Positions 11,502 to 24,180 of a stretch of 64,000 bases of DNA are shown here, one piece after another (positions within the stretch are counted from its first letter, which is position 1; each line of letters begins with the position of its first letter). The notes beneath the pieces were generated by a model that worked only from the letters and a program-made list of their open reading frames with translations, did not search any database and was not told the DNA's origin. A program made the position numbers and the translations under genes. The DNA lies in assembly GCF_001194135.2 (NCBI RefSeq), contig NC_068984.1, positions 29,530,621 through 29,594,620 on the forward strand. Reading direction: 5' to 3'. Source of the stretch: Octopus bimaculoides. Its lineage: Eukaryota.

Positions 11502-12925
11502 GAATCTATAAACCCTATTGTCCTTAATAGCGCTCTCATTTTCGCAAAGAGATACACTATTCTAAGTGTGAGAAACATTAAAGTGATGCTTACTGCCCGT
11601 AAGACTGTCATCGAATTTGATAACAAATTATTGACGAGAGAAAATACACCGGACCTCTTTGATATTACAATGGGATCGCCAGACTCTGCGGAAGCGACAG
11701 ACCTTGTAGGTCTATATACCTTAGATAATATAGGTAGATAATTCCATGAATTAACCAGAGGTCTATATAGGTATGACACGCTATTCTTAGTTGAGAACCT
11801 TTCAAATAGATGCCTTGAATTGCTTAAAAAGCGATTATATAAATTCTTTAATAGGTTTGGCCTATCCATAATTATAGAAAACGAAAACTATTCTATAAAC
11901 TATTTAGATACAAATTGTACCTTAAATGCCGGACTCCATGAACCTTATATGAAAGAAAACTCTACATTAATATATATAAACAATTCTACTAACCATCGCC
12001 CTCAAATAAAAAAAGCCCTACTAATAAATATAAGTCAACAATTTCAAACCTTTCCTCTAATGAAGGCATATTTTACAAATATAAGGAAAAATACAAAATA
12101 GCACTAAAAAATGCAGGATATAAAGGTAAAATTAAATATCTCTCCAATAATATTAACTATACTAGCCAGGATAGAGAAACCACCTCGAGCCCACAAGATT
12201 TAGACAAATGTAACACTACGAAAGATAAATATAAAAAATAGCAATAATAAAAAAAGAAATATGAAAAATATGATAAGACAACCCATAAAAAATAATAGAC
12301 AAAATAACAACAACAACCACAATAATAATAATACGAATAATATACTTATTAGTACTAATAGTAAAAATTATAACAGAATTAGTATAATTAAATATAAAAA
12401 TAAAAATAAGAATAATAACAGACTTTACACATAATATAAGTAACCCTAATAAGGGAATAATGAAATATATACTATGTCTAATAAGCCCTTTCGCTATGCA
12501 AATAAAAAATAACATAGTAAAAGCAATTTTTACTTCAATTAAGAAACATTTTAGAAATGGAGAAAACAAATATTAGGAGATAATCAATAACAAAACAATA
12601 AGAATAGGATACAGTCTAACACATAACCTAGCTACCATCATCTCCTCAATTAACAATAGAAAATTGGACACCTTGTATCTAAGTAGAAAAAATAACAGAA
12701 TACAAATAATCATAATAACAATAATATATGTATATGTAAAAGTATGTATATATGTATGTATTTATATTTATAACTTAACCTTACGAACTTTCTAAACTCT
12801 CTGACGAAGCCCAGAGGCACACCCAATTACCTTAATTTTATCTACCAAATACTTCAGTTCACTAAAGGGATGGAAATAAAATGGGGTACTGTGACCGCTT
12901 GGCTGAAACAGCTGCAAGAAACTAT
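11502..12925 (+). mobile_element. Penelope-like element (Neptune/Poseidon type): RT 3' half plus pseudo-LTR with hammerhead-like motif
   Basis: Translations LFDITMGSPDSAEATDLVGLY, GLYRYD, INYLD, EPYMKENSTLIYINNSTNH and SIKKHF...KTIRIGYS..NLATIISSINN match PLE RT/thumb motifs and parallel the copy at 40.2-41.5 kb. Many stops; no GIY-YIG seen. Confidence 0.8.
12798..12919 (+). ncRNA. Degenerate type I hammerhead ribozyme motif with long stem II insert
   Basis: TCT-CTGACGA-AGCC (12798-12811), 89 nt, GGCT-GAAA-CAGCTG-CA-AGA (12901-12919). Stem I TCT/AGA, stem II AGCC/GGCT, palindromic stem III. Cleavage triplet is GCA rather than GUA. Confidence 0.6.
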
Positions 12926-13856
12926 TCTACTTTCTATGTTCTACGATATATATTTTAATAATTCCTGATATTTTTATATATGCTGTCATCACTGAAAAAT
13001 AAAAGAAGTTCAAATTGTATAGTCAAATCCCATATTCTGTGTAATTCCATGTTTTCACAAACAAACATTAAATATTAGTACAGCATTCATAAATTAAGAA
13101 AATAATGTCAGAAAATAAAAACAAAAGTTGAGTTCGGTACTGTTTATAATTCAATCTAATCAAATATCATGAGTTTTGTAATATCGTGTATATTGTATAT
13201 TTGGCTGGGAGCCAATCTGTAGGATATAAATTACATAACAAAGCAGGCCAGCTTAAATATATTGTTGAGTATCTTTCATCCTTTGTAGGATTGCTTTTTC
13301 TTTTTTTTTTACTTGCTTGGATACGATAATTCAAAAGAGATCTTTTTCACAAGTTACTCTGCCAAATAGCTACATTATATATCTTTCCTAACCAGTGGTT
13401 CTAGTATTCTTTCTCGGGTATATGTAAGCTCTATAAGAACAACAGTCATCAAAATCCTTATAGAGATGAGTATCACGTTATTAACATTGGAGCCACATTC
13501 AGAAACAACAGTAACAGTACAATATAAATGTCTTCTTTTCATTCATCATTATTACTACTAAAAAATTAATAATAAAATGGTCAAATGATTATGAAAAAGC
13601 TTTCTTGACAGACACCAAAACCATCTGGCACACATTCATCTCACCTTACATGGTATGTGAATATTGTTAGACAGCAATATAGCGTTACAAATATGTTGAT
13701 AGGTATACAATGAGAAAGGAAAGAAAAGAAAAACGAAAAATGAATGAAAGAAAAGAGAAACAAAAAATGCTTTGTAATGAAATTTCAATGGGTGAACCAC
13801 ATCACATTGAAAAGAAACCTCACTCACTCTCCCTCTCTCTCGCTTTCTCTCGATCC

Positions 13857-13895
<39 letters not shown>

Positions 13896-14199
13896 CTTTC
13901 CTTATCCTTTATTAGTTTTTTCCTCTTTCTGGATTGTCCTGAAACTTCTCTGTGACTATTTTCCGCCTCTTTGCTTTTCTTTCTCTCTTCCCCATTTTTC
14001 CAAACAAACAGCAAAAACAAAAATATTTTTCTCCTCTTCTAAAGACAGCAAAAAAAAAAAAAACATCTGATTCATATAAATGAACAACGAAACGTTCATT
14101 CTTTACCATTTCGATTTTGTCTTGACGAGTACGATAAACGAACGAAAGCGCTAATGAAGAATTACTCAAACTGCTTATTCTAAATATTCTTTTATTCTT

Positions 14200-14570
14200 C
14201 TATTCTTTTACTTGTTTTAGTCATTTGACTGCGACCATGCTGGAGCAAAGTTTTAGTCAAACAAATCGACCCCAGGACTTATTCTTTGTAAGTCATGTAC
14301 TTATTCTATCGTTGTCTTTTGCGGAACCACTAGATTATAGGGTCGTAAGCACACCATCATCGGTTGTCAAGCAAGAGTGGTGGGTGACAAACGCAGACAC
14401 ACAAACATATATACACACACACACATATATACGACGGGCTTCTTTTAGTTTCCGTCTACCAAATCCACTCACAAGGCCTTGGTCGGCCTGAGGCTATAGT
14501 AGAAGACACTTGCTCAGCTCAGGGTGCCACGTAGTGGTACTGAACACGGAGCCATGTGGCTGGGAAGCAA
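14200..14570 (-). mobile_element. SINE family A, near full length
   Basis: Head (B-box-like GTTCAGT), CORE-like centre, internal (TA/TG) microsatellite and (AAGAATA)-type tail all present. Confidence 0.9.
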
Positions 14571-15789
14571 ATAAATATATAATAAAAGGATATATATAGA
14601 AAGGAAGTATAAGTAGAAGACAAGTTCTAATTTAAGGTTGTATCGTAATTAGGGTATAATACATACTCTACATAATAGGCAAATTATGAATAAAATTTGT
14701 GTTTACATAAAAGGATTGCATCAGAGAATCGATTGAGTAATGAGAGATTGTGGTGTCGATACGTTTATGCGTGTGTGTGTGTGAATATGTATATATATAT
14801 ATATATATATTTATACCACCATAAAACTGTATGTATCTATACATGCATACCGACATACACACATACGTATATTGAAATAATCTTATGTACGTGACTGAAG
14901 GCTAGAGTGTCTGGCAACATGAAATGTAATTAGCTGATGGTTAAGTTATCGAAATATGTTACTATCTATTTTCAGTGAAAAAAATGGATACGTACTCCCT
15001 CAACTACTCTCCTCCAGTCTGTTTCTAAGAAAATTTGGGGACATAGTTTAACACGTGTCATTGATATCATGGAACTATCTAAGATGCCCACTATCAATCT
15101 TAAATGCTGTTTGAAAGTGCTACTTTATAATTTATAATTTGATAATGTACTCTGCATATAAGTTTTTTCTGATATCATTAATGAAATATGCATAAGATGA
15201 CGGAACTGAATAATTAAAGACCTTTTGTTTTACATACACACACACACAAACACACACACGCATGTAAATACACACATACACACATATATGTACACACACA
15301 CTTTCCTTCTCTCTCTCACACGCGCACATAGTTGTACATGCATGTGGACATATATCCATACTTACATATATATATTACAAACACATGTATGTATGTATAT
15401 ATTGCTATGCTTTGTTTTCTATTTTATAGTAACTGATTATAGATATTATGCCTGTGAGGTTAATACATTTGACAATATGTTTAAAGACTTTGATTTTAGT
15501 GATTAGATATCGATTTATGTGCTGCAGCACTTTTCTAAAATCATAAATATCATCAATAAAATCTGCAGTTGTGCAGCAATGAATTGCAACAGGTTTGATT
15601 TCACTCGAGTTGAAAAATGTCGGTAACATATTTACAGGTAATTGTCTAGTTCACTAAGGACTACGAGCAAAAGTGTATTCAATAGGAAGGAACCTACGTC
15701 GGTGATTTACATCAGTGAAAACTTTGTCAACATGCTCACATACACCCTTAAATACTTTCCGTATATTTATTTCCTATGTATATGTATAT

Positions 15790-15918
15790 ACAACGTGGCT
15801 GCATATTAAGAAGCTTGCTTCCCAACCATATAGTTCCGAGTACAGTCCCACTGCGTGATACCTTGGGCAAGTGTTTTCATGGGGTTAGTAGCCCGCGCTC
15901 TTAACCACTGCGCCATAT
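15790..15918 (+). mobile_element. SINE family A head abutting an inverted tRNA-like head of another SINE
   Basis: GTGGCTGCATATTAAGAAGCTTGCTTCCCAACCATATAGTTCCGAGTACAGTCCCACTGCGTGATACCTTGGGCAAGTG on plus; 15880-15918 reverse complement reads ATGGCGCAGTGGTTAAGAGCGCGGGCTACTAACCCC (A-box-like). Confidence 0.7.
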
Positions 15919-17387
15919 GCGTAGAACTTTACAACTTAGATATCAGTTTAAGTGATATTTTCAAAAGCTTTCCTAGAAGATTGTCGCATCTACAAAAATG
16001 AAAAACGGGTTTTACCTATTGTCGAAGTTATAGACATGAGAGTAAATTGGAGAAAACTGCTGTTTTATTTTCATCTTTTGTATTCTTCATAATTGTTTCA
16101 GTTACTGACTGTAGCCATGGTGAAGCACGACTTGTTACTGAAAAATGAAATAATTCTGAAATTTATTTTGTTAAAAGGTTTTATGTTTTTCTTGGTATTC
16201 AGATCAAATAATGCCTTCTTTTCATATTTTGTGTTTGATAGCACGATTAATACGTATATATTAAAACAAATCAATCTATGGGGTATCATTTCATTTGTTT
16301 TTGTAACTCTAATAATATTCCCACTGGCCCATATAAGTGTTTTAAATTGGGTATCTAAATGTTGCTATGAAAGATGCAGCCAGATCAATTGCGGCAATGT
16401 TCTTTTTTTCTAGCCTGTTTATGGCCTTGTGATATATATCTAACGAGTTATTTCAAAGAACACAAATCGCGGAAAAAATCGTCCTTGATTATTAGTAGAG
16501 TCTTAAAAGTGTTGGAAACCGGCCATTTATGCTTTAAAGAGTTAATGCAAAAGATGATTCAGCCATTGATATACGTACGCACGACTGCACAAAAGTCTGC
16601 GCACATGAAGTATTCATGTGTGAGACTCTGCGCTTCCATATTGTAAGCTGGGGGCATAATAAGAGTGAGAAAAAGGATTAACCAAGACATGTCTGAAATT
16701 TGATACACGATATAAAGTGACAGGGTCGGAATTTGAACGACTCAAGAGACGTAAGCGCACAATGTTTGCGAAAATCGATCATTTGAAATGAGAGCAACTT
16801 GTGTCTAAGCCAAAAGGTTTGTTACCAAGTGGAAATGACTGATGTATTTATTTCTAACCCTTCCAGCCTTTCAAGTAACTTTAAATCGCCTGCTTACTAA
16901 GGTTCTTCGATCGATTTGTTTGTTTTGACCCCTGACAATAGAATCGATTGAAAGAAATCATACTAATACGTAGTACGTTATTAACATAGCAGTGACGTTT
17001 TTGTAGATTTCTTTTATTTTAATATCTCGAATGCTTTAGCGTGTAATACAACGCTTTTAAGCCTAAACGAGTCAATAATAAACTTTTGATCCACCCAATA
17101 ACCTTTCAATCACACCCTACTTTAAAACGGATCTGATTTTATATCCGCTTGCCTTGCACGCCAGCATTAGCAAAGCTTATGATTTAAAATATAGGCAGAA
17201 CACAGTTGATATAGTTGGTAAATACATGCATGGCATTAGTGAAGGCCAAGAAGAAATGAGTATTGAAGGGAAATATTCACACGAGAAAATTATTATTAAG
17301 CAGAATTACAACATTCTGGAGCGTTTCATGTATACGTCTCTGTCTCTCTTTCAACACACACACATATGTATGTTTATACAGTGTGTA

Positions 17388-17446
<59 letters not shown>

Positions 17447-17751
17447 NNNNNNNNNNNNNNNNNNNNNNNNNNNNNNNNNNNNNNNNNNNNNNNNNNNNNN
17501 NNNNNNNNNNNNNNNNNNNNNNNNNNNNNNNNNNNNNNNNNNNNNNNNNNNNNNNNNNNNNNNNNNNNNNNNNNNNNNNNNNNNNNNNNNNNNNNNNNNN
17601 NNNNNNNNNNNNNNNNNNNNNNNNNNNNNNNNNNNNNNNNNNNNNNNNNNNNNNNNNNNNNNNNNNNNNNNNNNNNNNNNNNNNNNNNNNNNNNNNNNNN
17701 NNNNNNNNNNNNNNNNNNNNNNNNNNNNNCACTAGCTCCACATATATGTAT

Positions 17752-17960
17752 TGGCTTCAAACTTTGACACAAAGACAGCAATTTCGGGGTTAGGACTAAG
17801 TCAATTATATCGACCCCAGTGCTCAACTGATGCTTTCGATAACGAAAGCATTTAAAGCAGAGTCGATGTCAGAGCGTAAATTCGAACTTAGAACATAAAG
17901 ACGGACGAAATGCTACTAAGCAATTTTACCGGCGTGCTAACGATTTTGCTAACTTACCTT
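17752..17960 (-). mobile_element. SINE family B
   Basis: Reverse complement shows GTTAGCACGCCGGTAAAATTGCTTAGTAGCATTTCGTCCG...GGGGTCGATATAATTGAC...TGTGTCAAAGTTTGAAGCCAAT. Confidence 0.85.
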
Positions 17961-17961
17961 A

Positions 17962-18340
17962 TATTCTTTTATTCTTTTATTTGTTTCAGTCATTTGACTG
18001 CTGGAGCACCGCCTTTAGTCGAACAAATCGACCCCAGGACTTAGGCTTTTCTAAGCCTAATACTTATTCTATCGGGCCCTTTTGCCGATCCGCTATGTTA
18101 CGGGGACATAAATACACTAACATTGGTTGTCAAGCGATGGGGGGAAACAAAGATACACAAACATATACGTATATATACACGACGGGTTTCTTTCAGCTTC
18201 CGTCTACCAAATCCATTCACAAGACTTTGGTCGGCCCGAGGCTATAGTAGAAGACACTTGTCCAAGGTGCCACGCAGTGGGACTAAACACGAAACAAGTA
18301 GTTGGTGAGGAAGCTACTTACCACACAGTTACTCCTGCGT
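17962..18340 (-). mobile_element. SINE family A, full length, head-to-tail with the family B copy
   Basis: All modules present, collinear with 14200-14570. Confidence 0.9.
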
Positions 18341-18434
18341 CTATATATATAAATATATATACATACATACACACATATACATATGTATGCATGCATATAT
18401 GTATATATGTGTATATATATATGTATGTATATAT

Positions 18435-18486
<52 letters not shown>

Positions 18487-19193
18487 ATTGACAGTTAAGC
18501 ACATAAAGCCACAAGTCAAATTATTATCTTAACTCGGTCTTCAAATGATCAATAGCCTTTGAATGTTTATTGCTATTAAGGACAGCTATATATAAATTTC
18601 CACACCGAAAGTTTAGCTTTGACATAATGCTATATATACGGTCTAATTTCAATTAAAATCCTGTTCAGTATTTCTCCTAGCGGATGATTTTCATATGGAC
18701 ACTTTATCATAAAAACACTGGGATACGTAGCGACAGATTTGCATAAAGGCTTAAGATGCCTGACTTCTTCAAGAACGCATAAAGTAAACTTATTCGCATC
18801 GTCCAAATACAATCGATTTGTGGTACTGTAAAAAGTTCTTAGGAATTGTAGGTATTCTCCATTTGAGGTTTCTCAAATGAATATATGCTTGTGTATGTGG
18901 TATACATACAGACAAACACAGAAGCAATAATGAAGTAGACATAACTATGTACTTAAGTAAATGCACACTGCTACATAAGTGCAAGTTTATGTCCGCACAC
19001 ACTTGAATGTATGCACATATTAAATAATTCACCTATTCACGAAACCCAAGGGGTGTCATGTCCTTCACAAACGAACCGAATATTTTGTTAGTGAGCAGTT
19101 TGAATTCTATAAAGGGAAGAAACGGTAGAAAGAGAAATACAAACATTTATACATACATACATACAAACATATATTCATACATACAACAGCAAT

Positions 19194-19350
19194 TTGGCAG
19201 AGGTGTCAGAACGCTAAGCAAGGTAAAATGCCTTGCGGCATTCATTCTAGATCTCAGTGCTTTACTTCAACTTCTGCTCTTCTGCTGATGTTAACCTTGC
19301 CTTCCAGTACTGTGCGGTCGATAAATAAAATTTCAGTCGAATACTGGAGC
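19194..19350 (+). mobile_element. SINE family B, highly diverged
   Basis: TGGCAGAGGTGTCAGAACG..GGTAAAATGCCTTGCGGCATT...ACCTTGCCTTCCAG..GCGGTCGATAAAT. Confidence 0.55.
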
Positions 19351-19827
19351 TGATTTTTTTTTTCGAATTCTCACAATTTCTTTCTCTCTGAAGAAATCGA
19401 CTGTCTTCAAACCTGGAGAAGTTTGGGCTATGCATTTGAAATACACCAAAATATGTCACGAAGTAGCGCACTTACAAATCTATTAGAAGATATGGACTCA
19501 TCGCCACCACCGCTAAATCCTGGTGGTGGTGAGTCCTGAAGAAGCAGCTGTATAAACCGTTCATTAACAACTGTAACTACTATACCTCTTCCCCCATAAC
19601 TAGTGTATCTAATACTGTATTACTCTATGGGCTCTTCACATTTTATGATGGTAAGGTCTAATGTAAGGGAGTATTTTGTGAGTGCATGCAGCTGTGTTTG
19701 TGTGTGAGTGTGAGTGTGAACACCGACGCGTATGATTATTTGTGAATGTATGTGTCTGTGTGCGACTCTTAGTGTGTATGAATTTATGCGTGTATGGTGT
19801 GTAGTGTGTGTGTGTGTTGGATACATC

Positions 19828-20048
19828 ATATTGGTTTCAAATTTTGACACAATGCCAGCAAACTCGAGGGCGGGCGTAAGTCGATTACATCGACCCCAGT
19901 GTTCATCTGGTACTTATTTTATTGACCTCGAAGGATGAAAAGCAAAGTCGACGTCGGCGGAATTTGAACTTTGAATGTGAAGGCGGGTCGAAGTGCCGCT
20001 AAGCACTTTAGCCGGCATGGTTACAATTCTGCGAACCGGCCGCCTTAA
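19828..20048 (-). mobile_element. SINE family B
   Basis: CGACCCCAGT..TGGTACTTATTTTATTGACCTCGAAGGATGAAAAGCAAAGTCGAC..GGCGGAATTTGAAC on plus (B-box-like GTTCAAATTCC on minus). Confidence 0.9.
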
Positions 20049-20169
20049 TAGGGTACTTAAGATTAATGTCTCTGTGTACTCATTTAGTCAAATATCGTTT
20101 CTTCTCCGTACTGAATGATGCAGACTGGAATCGTGGTATAAGATTTTGGAGCAGAATAATCCTTATATA

Positions 20170-20385
20170 ATATTCTTTTCTACTTTCGGCACAAGGCCAG
20201 AAATTTTGGGGAGGGGCCAGTCGATTAGATCGACCACTGTACGCAACTGGTACTTAATTTATCGACTCAAAAGGATTAAAGGCAAAGTTGACCTCGGCGG
20301 AATTTGAACTCAGAACGTAAAGACAGATGAAATACTGCTAAGCATTTCGCCCGCCGTACTAACGTTTCTGCTAGTTCGTCGCCTT
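20170..20385 (-). mobile_element. SINE family B
   Basis: Same diagnostic core TGGTACTTAATTTATCGAC...GGCAAAGTTGACCTCGGCGGAATTTGAACTCAGAACG. Confidence 0.9.
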
Positions 20386-22249
20386 ATAATTCCTACCTAA
20401 TATTATTTCCGTTCTGCTCACGATCGAATAATATAGCGAATGGAATCATGAACATATTCAAAGAAATACTGCTTGAGTGTAGTTCTAAGTAAAATAAACA
20501 AACAAAAAACAAATAAACCAAAAAAAAACCAAGGCAACCTTGTTTTGGTTGACTTTATGCTTTCCCTCGCCTTATTAGAATAACAACCGTCTTTTCCTGA
20601 AATAAAACCCAGCCATTTTGAAACGGAGAAGATACATAGCACAATGTAATCGTACATGAATTGTGCTCGTAAACGGTATGACATTGTCTTTGAAGGACAC
20701 TCTTTCGCTATAGACCAAGGTGAACAAGAACAACAGCAGAAATAAAGTAGCAGCAACAACAACAATATCAACAAGAACAACACAACAATAACACCTACAT
20801 ATTTCCGATAGTTTAATAAAGAAATGGACACGGAATATTTATTGAAACAAAATTAAATTGGGTAAAGTTGGTTTGTTCAGACACGACAATAGTTGAATCA
20901 TAAAATATGGAAGAGAAGTATTCCGTCGGGTGACCGAGCTTTACAGATGATTAATCTAAGTCGCATTTCTAAACTATTTATAGTATAAAGTAACGTTATT
21001 TAATAGATCATAAAGAATATGAAATTATTAATAATGAATTTATTATACACCCGAAATTGTTTTATAGAAACGTTAGAAATATTTTCTTAGTAGATAACAA
21101 TAAATGCTATAGAAGGGCAACCAGACTCAGAGATCTTTTAGAGTTTGATCAGAATTGTATTCAACATTAATTTTCCTCATTAGATAAAGACTCCGTTGTA
21201 ACTTTCAAAACATGGAGTCTGAATTACAAAGATTACTTTCTGAAACTACAAAGTAGTTACAATGTAGATCTTACAAAGATATTCTTCATTTATACATATT
21301 TTAAACTTACTCTGATTCGCTATCTTCTGTTGTGTTTAGAAAATTTCCAGTTCGTATTTTTCAAATAAAAAAACATTTCTCTCCATTTGTTTGCAATTAT
21401 CTTTAGAATTTAATTCAATGAGTAGATATTGTTTGAGAAGATTTAATTTTTCATCTTTTTTTTTTGTTTTTGTTTTTGTTTAGCTTTAATTGAGTTTTAT
21501 TATTTCGACTATTTTCCAAGCCTTGTTATTGCTGAAAGCTACCTATTTCGTTGGCATTGCGATTTCTAATATCATTTGATGACTTGATGTATTCATGAAT
21601 TGCCTACGGCTTAGCATTCGATTTCTACATCCATTCATCCATTCATTGTATTTATATACGTATATATATATGCATATATATGTATATATGTATATATATA
21701 TATTATATATATATATATATATTATATATATATANNNNNNNNNNNNNNNNNNNNNNNNNNNNNNNNNNNNNNNNNNNNNNNNNNNNNNNNNNNNNNNNNN
21801 NNNNNNNNNNNNNATTTATTTATTTATTTACTTATATATATATATATATATGTAAAATGTAATGTATTTGTACGTGAACGCACATATTCACTTATGTATA
21901 TATAAAAGAAAATGTGCGTGGGTGTGTGGGTGTGTGGGGATGTGGGTGTGAGGGTGTGTAAGTACACACTTGCAATCATACTACCTATCACGGTCAAATA
22001 TATCAAGTACACCAAATGCGATATTAATATATGCAGAACAATATTTCGTTTATAGTTTCTATTACAACGTTTTAATGTCCAATTAGGCCACTGTGATTTC
22101 GATCAGTATTTCAAATGTTCTTTTTGCTTTGCAATAGTCTAAATGTTGGCAAATCTATTTACGTCATAAGTACTATATCTTCATCGTTATGGTATAATAA
22201 TATTGCTAAATCAGCTTACATTCATCTCTTCCAGCAGACCTCGGTATGC

Positions 22250-22925
22250 CTTTCTTATGCTTCTCAAGCGCACTCGACTTCAGACACCAATGAACCAGCA
22301 ACCAAACAACTTTGCCACCGAGTACAGAACACCTCTTCCAGTACATTTCAAGACTTTAGGGCTGAAACGATAAGTGTAAGATTAGTCTTGTGAGATTGTG
22401 GAGGTGCTGGAGCGGGAACGAGTGAATGTGTGTTGTGCGCTAAAGCTAATAGGGAAAAGATTCTCAACCAAACTCCTCAAGGCAAAAGAAATCAGTACAC
22501 ACTCTTCTGGTTGAGTAATAGCAACAGCCATGACGGGCTAGGAATTCTTTTAGCTGAGAAATAGTTTATGCAGGCTGTACGATAGGATAAATTAAGATGA
22601 GATTACTTATAGGCAACTCAGCAGCGACATGTTTGTCTGCATGATTAGTGGATGAATAGAAGGACTGTTTCTGACACCATTGACTAAAATATTTTGGGTG
22701 ACGACTACAACAAACATGTTGGCCAACAACATGATGATCGTTTCCGTAGATACATGGAAATTATAGATCATTGTTCAAGAAAGGAGCAGGGTGTAAGGCT
22801 CCGCAAGTTTTGTGGTGTAACAGTTCTAACAATTTGTATCAAACACGTTAAGAAAACAGCAAACAGCCTCATCACCTACCAATCTGACGAACGCTCAAGT
22901 TACAGGAAGTGGAACAGAAGAGCTA
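22250..22925 (+). mobile_element. RTE-clade LINE, apurinic endonuclease fragment (decayed)
   Basis: Patchwork translation EIVEVLERERVNVCC, TLFWLSNSNSHDGLGILLAEK and GDDYNKHVG...EQGVRLRKFC...LTICIKHVKK...LITYQS matches RTE APE motifs. Confidence 0.75.
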
Positions 22926-23089
22926 TTGTAAATACCGCAACCTCTCCAACATAAATTAGCGACTATTGACTTCAAAGTCAGAGCTAAGCAAACACAGAAA
23001 TAGACGACAATATGAAAAAGAGATACGCGAACTAAAACACTCTGCAACTGAAAACAGTTTTAGAGAAATCATAATTGACGCATTTAACA

Positions 23090-23590
23090 GTTGGGTATTA
23101 GTGGGTGATTGGAATACTATTTTGGATGCACGTCTGGACTGGGTGGGCGTAACTGACAGTAGAACCTTGAAAATCTGTTCAGTCATTTCCAACTGGCTGA
23201 CAAGTACAGACTGGATTTCCCGGATGCGCCAATGTGGACTTGGGCAAATCGCATAGGGCCAACACGCTCATATTTAGATAGGTTGTTCATATTTAGATAT
23301 GTTGTTCTGTAGGCCAACAGATAAAGACAGCTCCCTCTTTCTCCTCTTCAGATGATGCTTTCTTTGACTAGAAGCAATAGCAGGTACAACACCATTTGCA
23401 CACAAGCGCATTTCACTAAGAGTGGGAATAAATAGAGGGTTCAATCTGACAAGCAAAGTAAACGTTTCCAGGCTTTATTCTTGCGCTGGAGCTGCCTCAA
23501 ATAATCGCGTTTTAGATATCATTTGACCGTCAGAGAAGAGCATTGCTTTGTAAAGATGTTTGGAAATGGCAAGTGCAACAATACCTGAGC
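23090..23590 (+). mobile_element. Decayed Tx1/L1-like ORF2 pieces (APE motif plus C-terminal remnant)
   Basis: WVLVGDWNTILDARLD is the L1/Tx1 APE GDFN motif. The FRYHL..VREE..CFVK segment near 23500-23550 resembles the C-terminus of the element at 59192-59330. Confidence 0.55.
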
Positions 23591-23617
23591 CTCTTATAAA
23601 ACTATCGAACTTTCAAC

Positions 23618-23699
<82 letters not shown>

Positions 23700-23724
23700 G
23701 ACGACGACGACGACGACGACGACG
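23618..23724. repeat. (ACT)n switching to (ACG)n trinucleotide microsatellite
   Basis: Read directly; source of the poly-Thr ORF. Confidence 0.95.
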
Positions 23725-24036
23725 GCGAGAACGAAAAAAATTTGAATGATTGAAATTAAAAGTAGTCTTAGCGCAATTCTTAGAAACTTTCTTATGTTGG
23801 TTTAGTGACTTTCATGAGTTAATCTGTATTATAATTAAGAGTGTTAGTATTGGATTGTATATTTAATACAAGATCATGCATGTGTAAAGAAAGAGTGGAC
23901 AACTGAATTACCACAAGTATTTTATTAGCACTTATTCTATAGAGCAATCTCCTTTTGATCAACAAAAACCCGTTATATAGCAAAGTACGTTATCACTTCT
24001 GCTACTTCTTTGCCATTTCATAAACTAATGTTTGTG

Positions 24037-24180
24037 GGAGTTCAAATTCCGCCGCGGTTGACTTTGCCTTTCATCCCTTCGAGGTCGATAAAATAAGTAC
24101 CACTTGATCAGTAGATTCGATTTAATCGACTTAGTTCCTCCCTAAGACCTGTTGGCCTTGTGCCAAAATTTGAAACCATT
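24037..24180 (+). mobile_element. SINE family B, 5'-truncated
   Basis: GAGTTCAAATTCCGCCGCGGTTGACTTTGCCTTTCATCCCTTCGAGGTCGATAAAATAAGTACC...GGCCTTGTGCCAAAATTTGAAACC. Confidence 0.9.
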
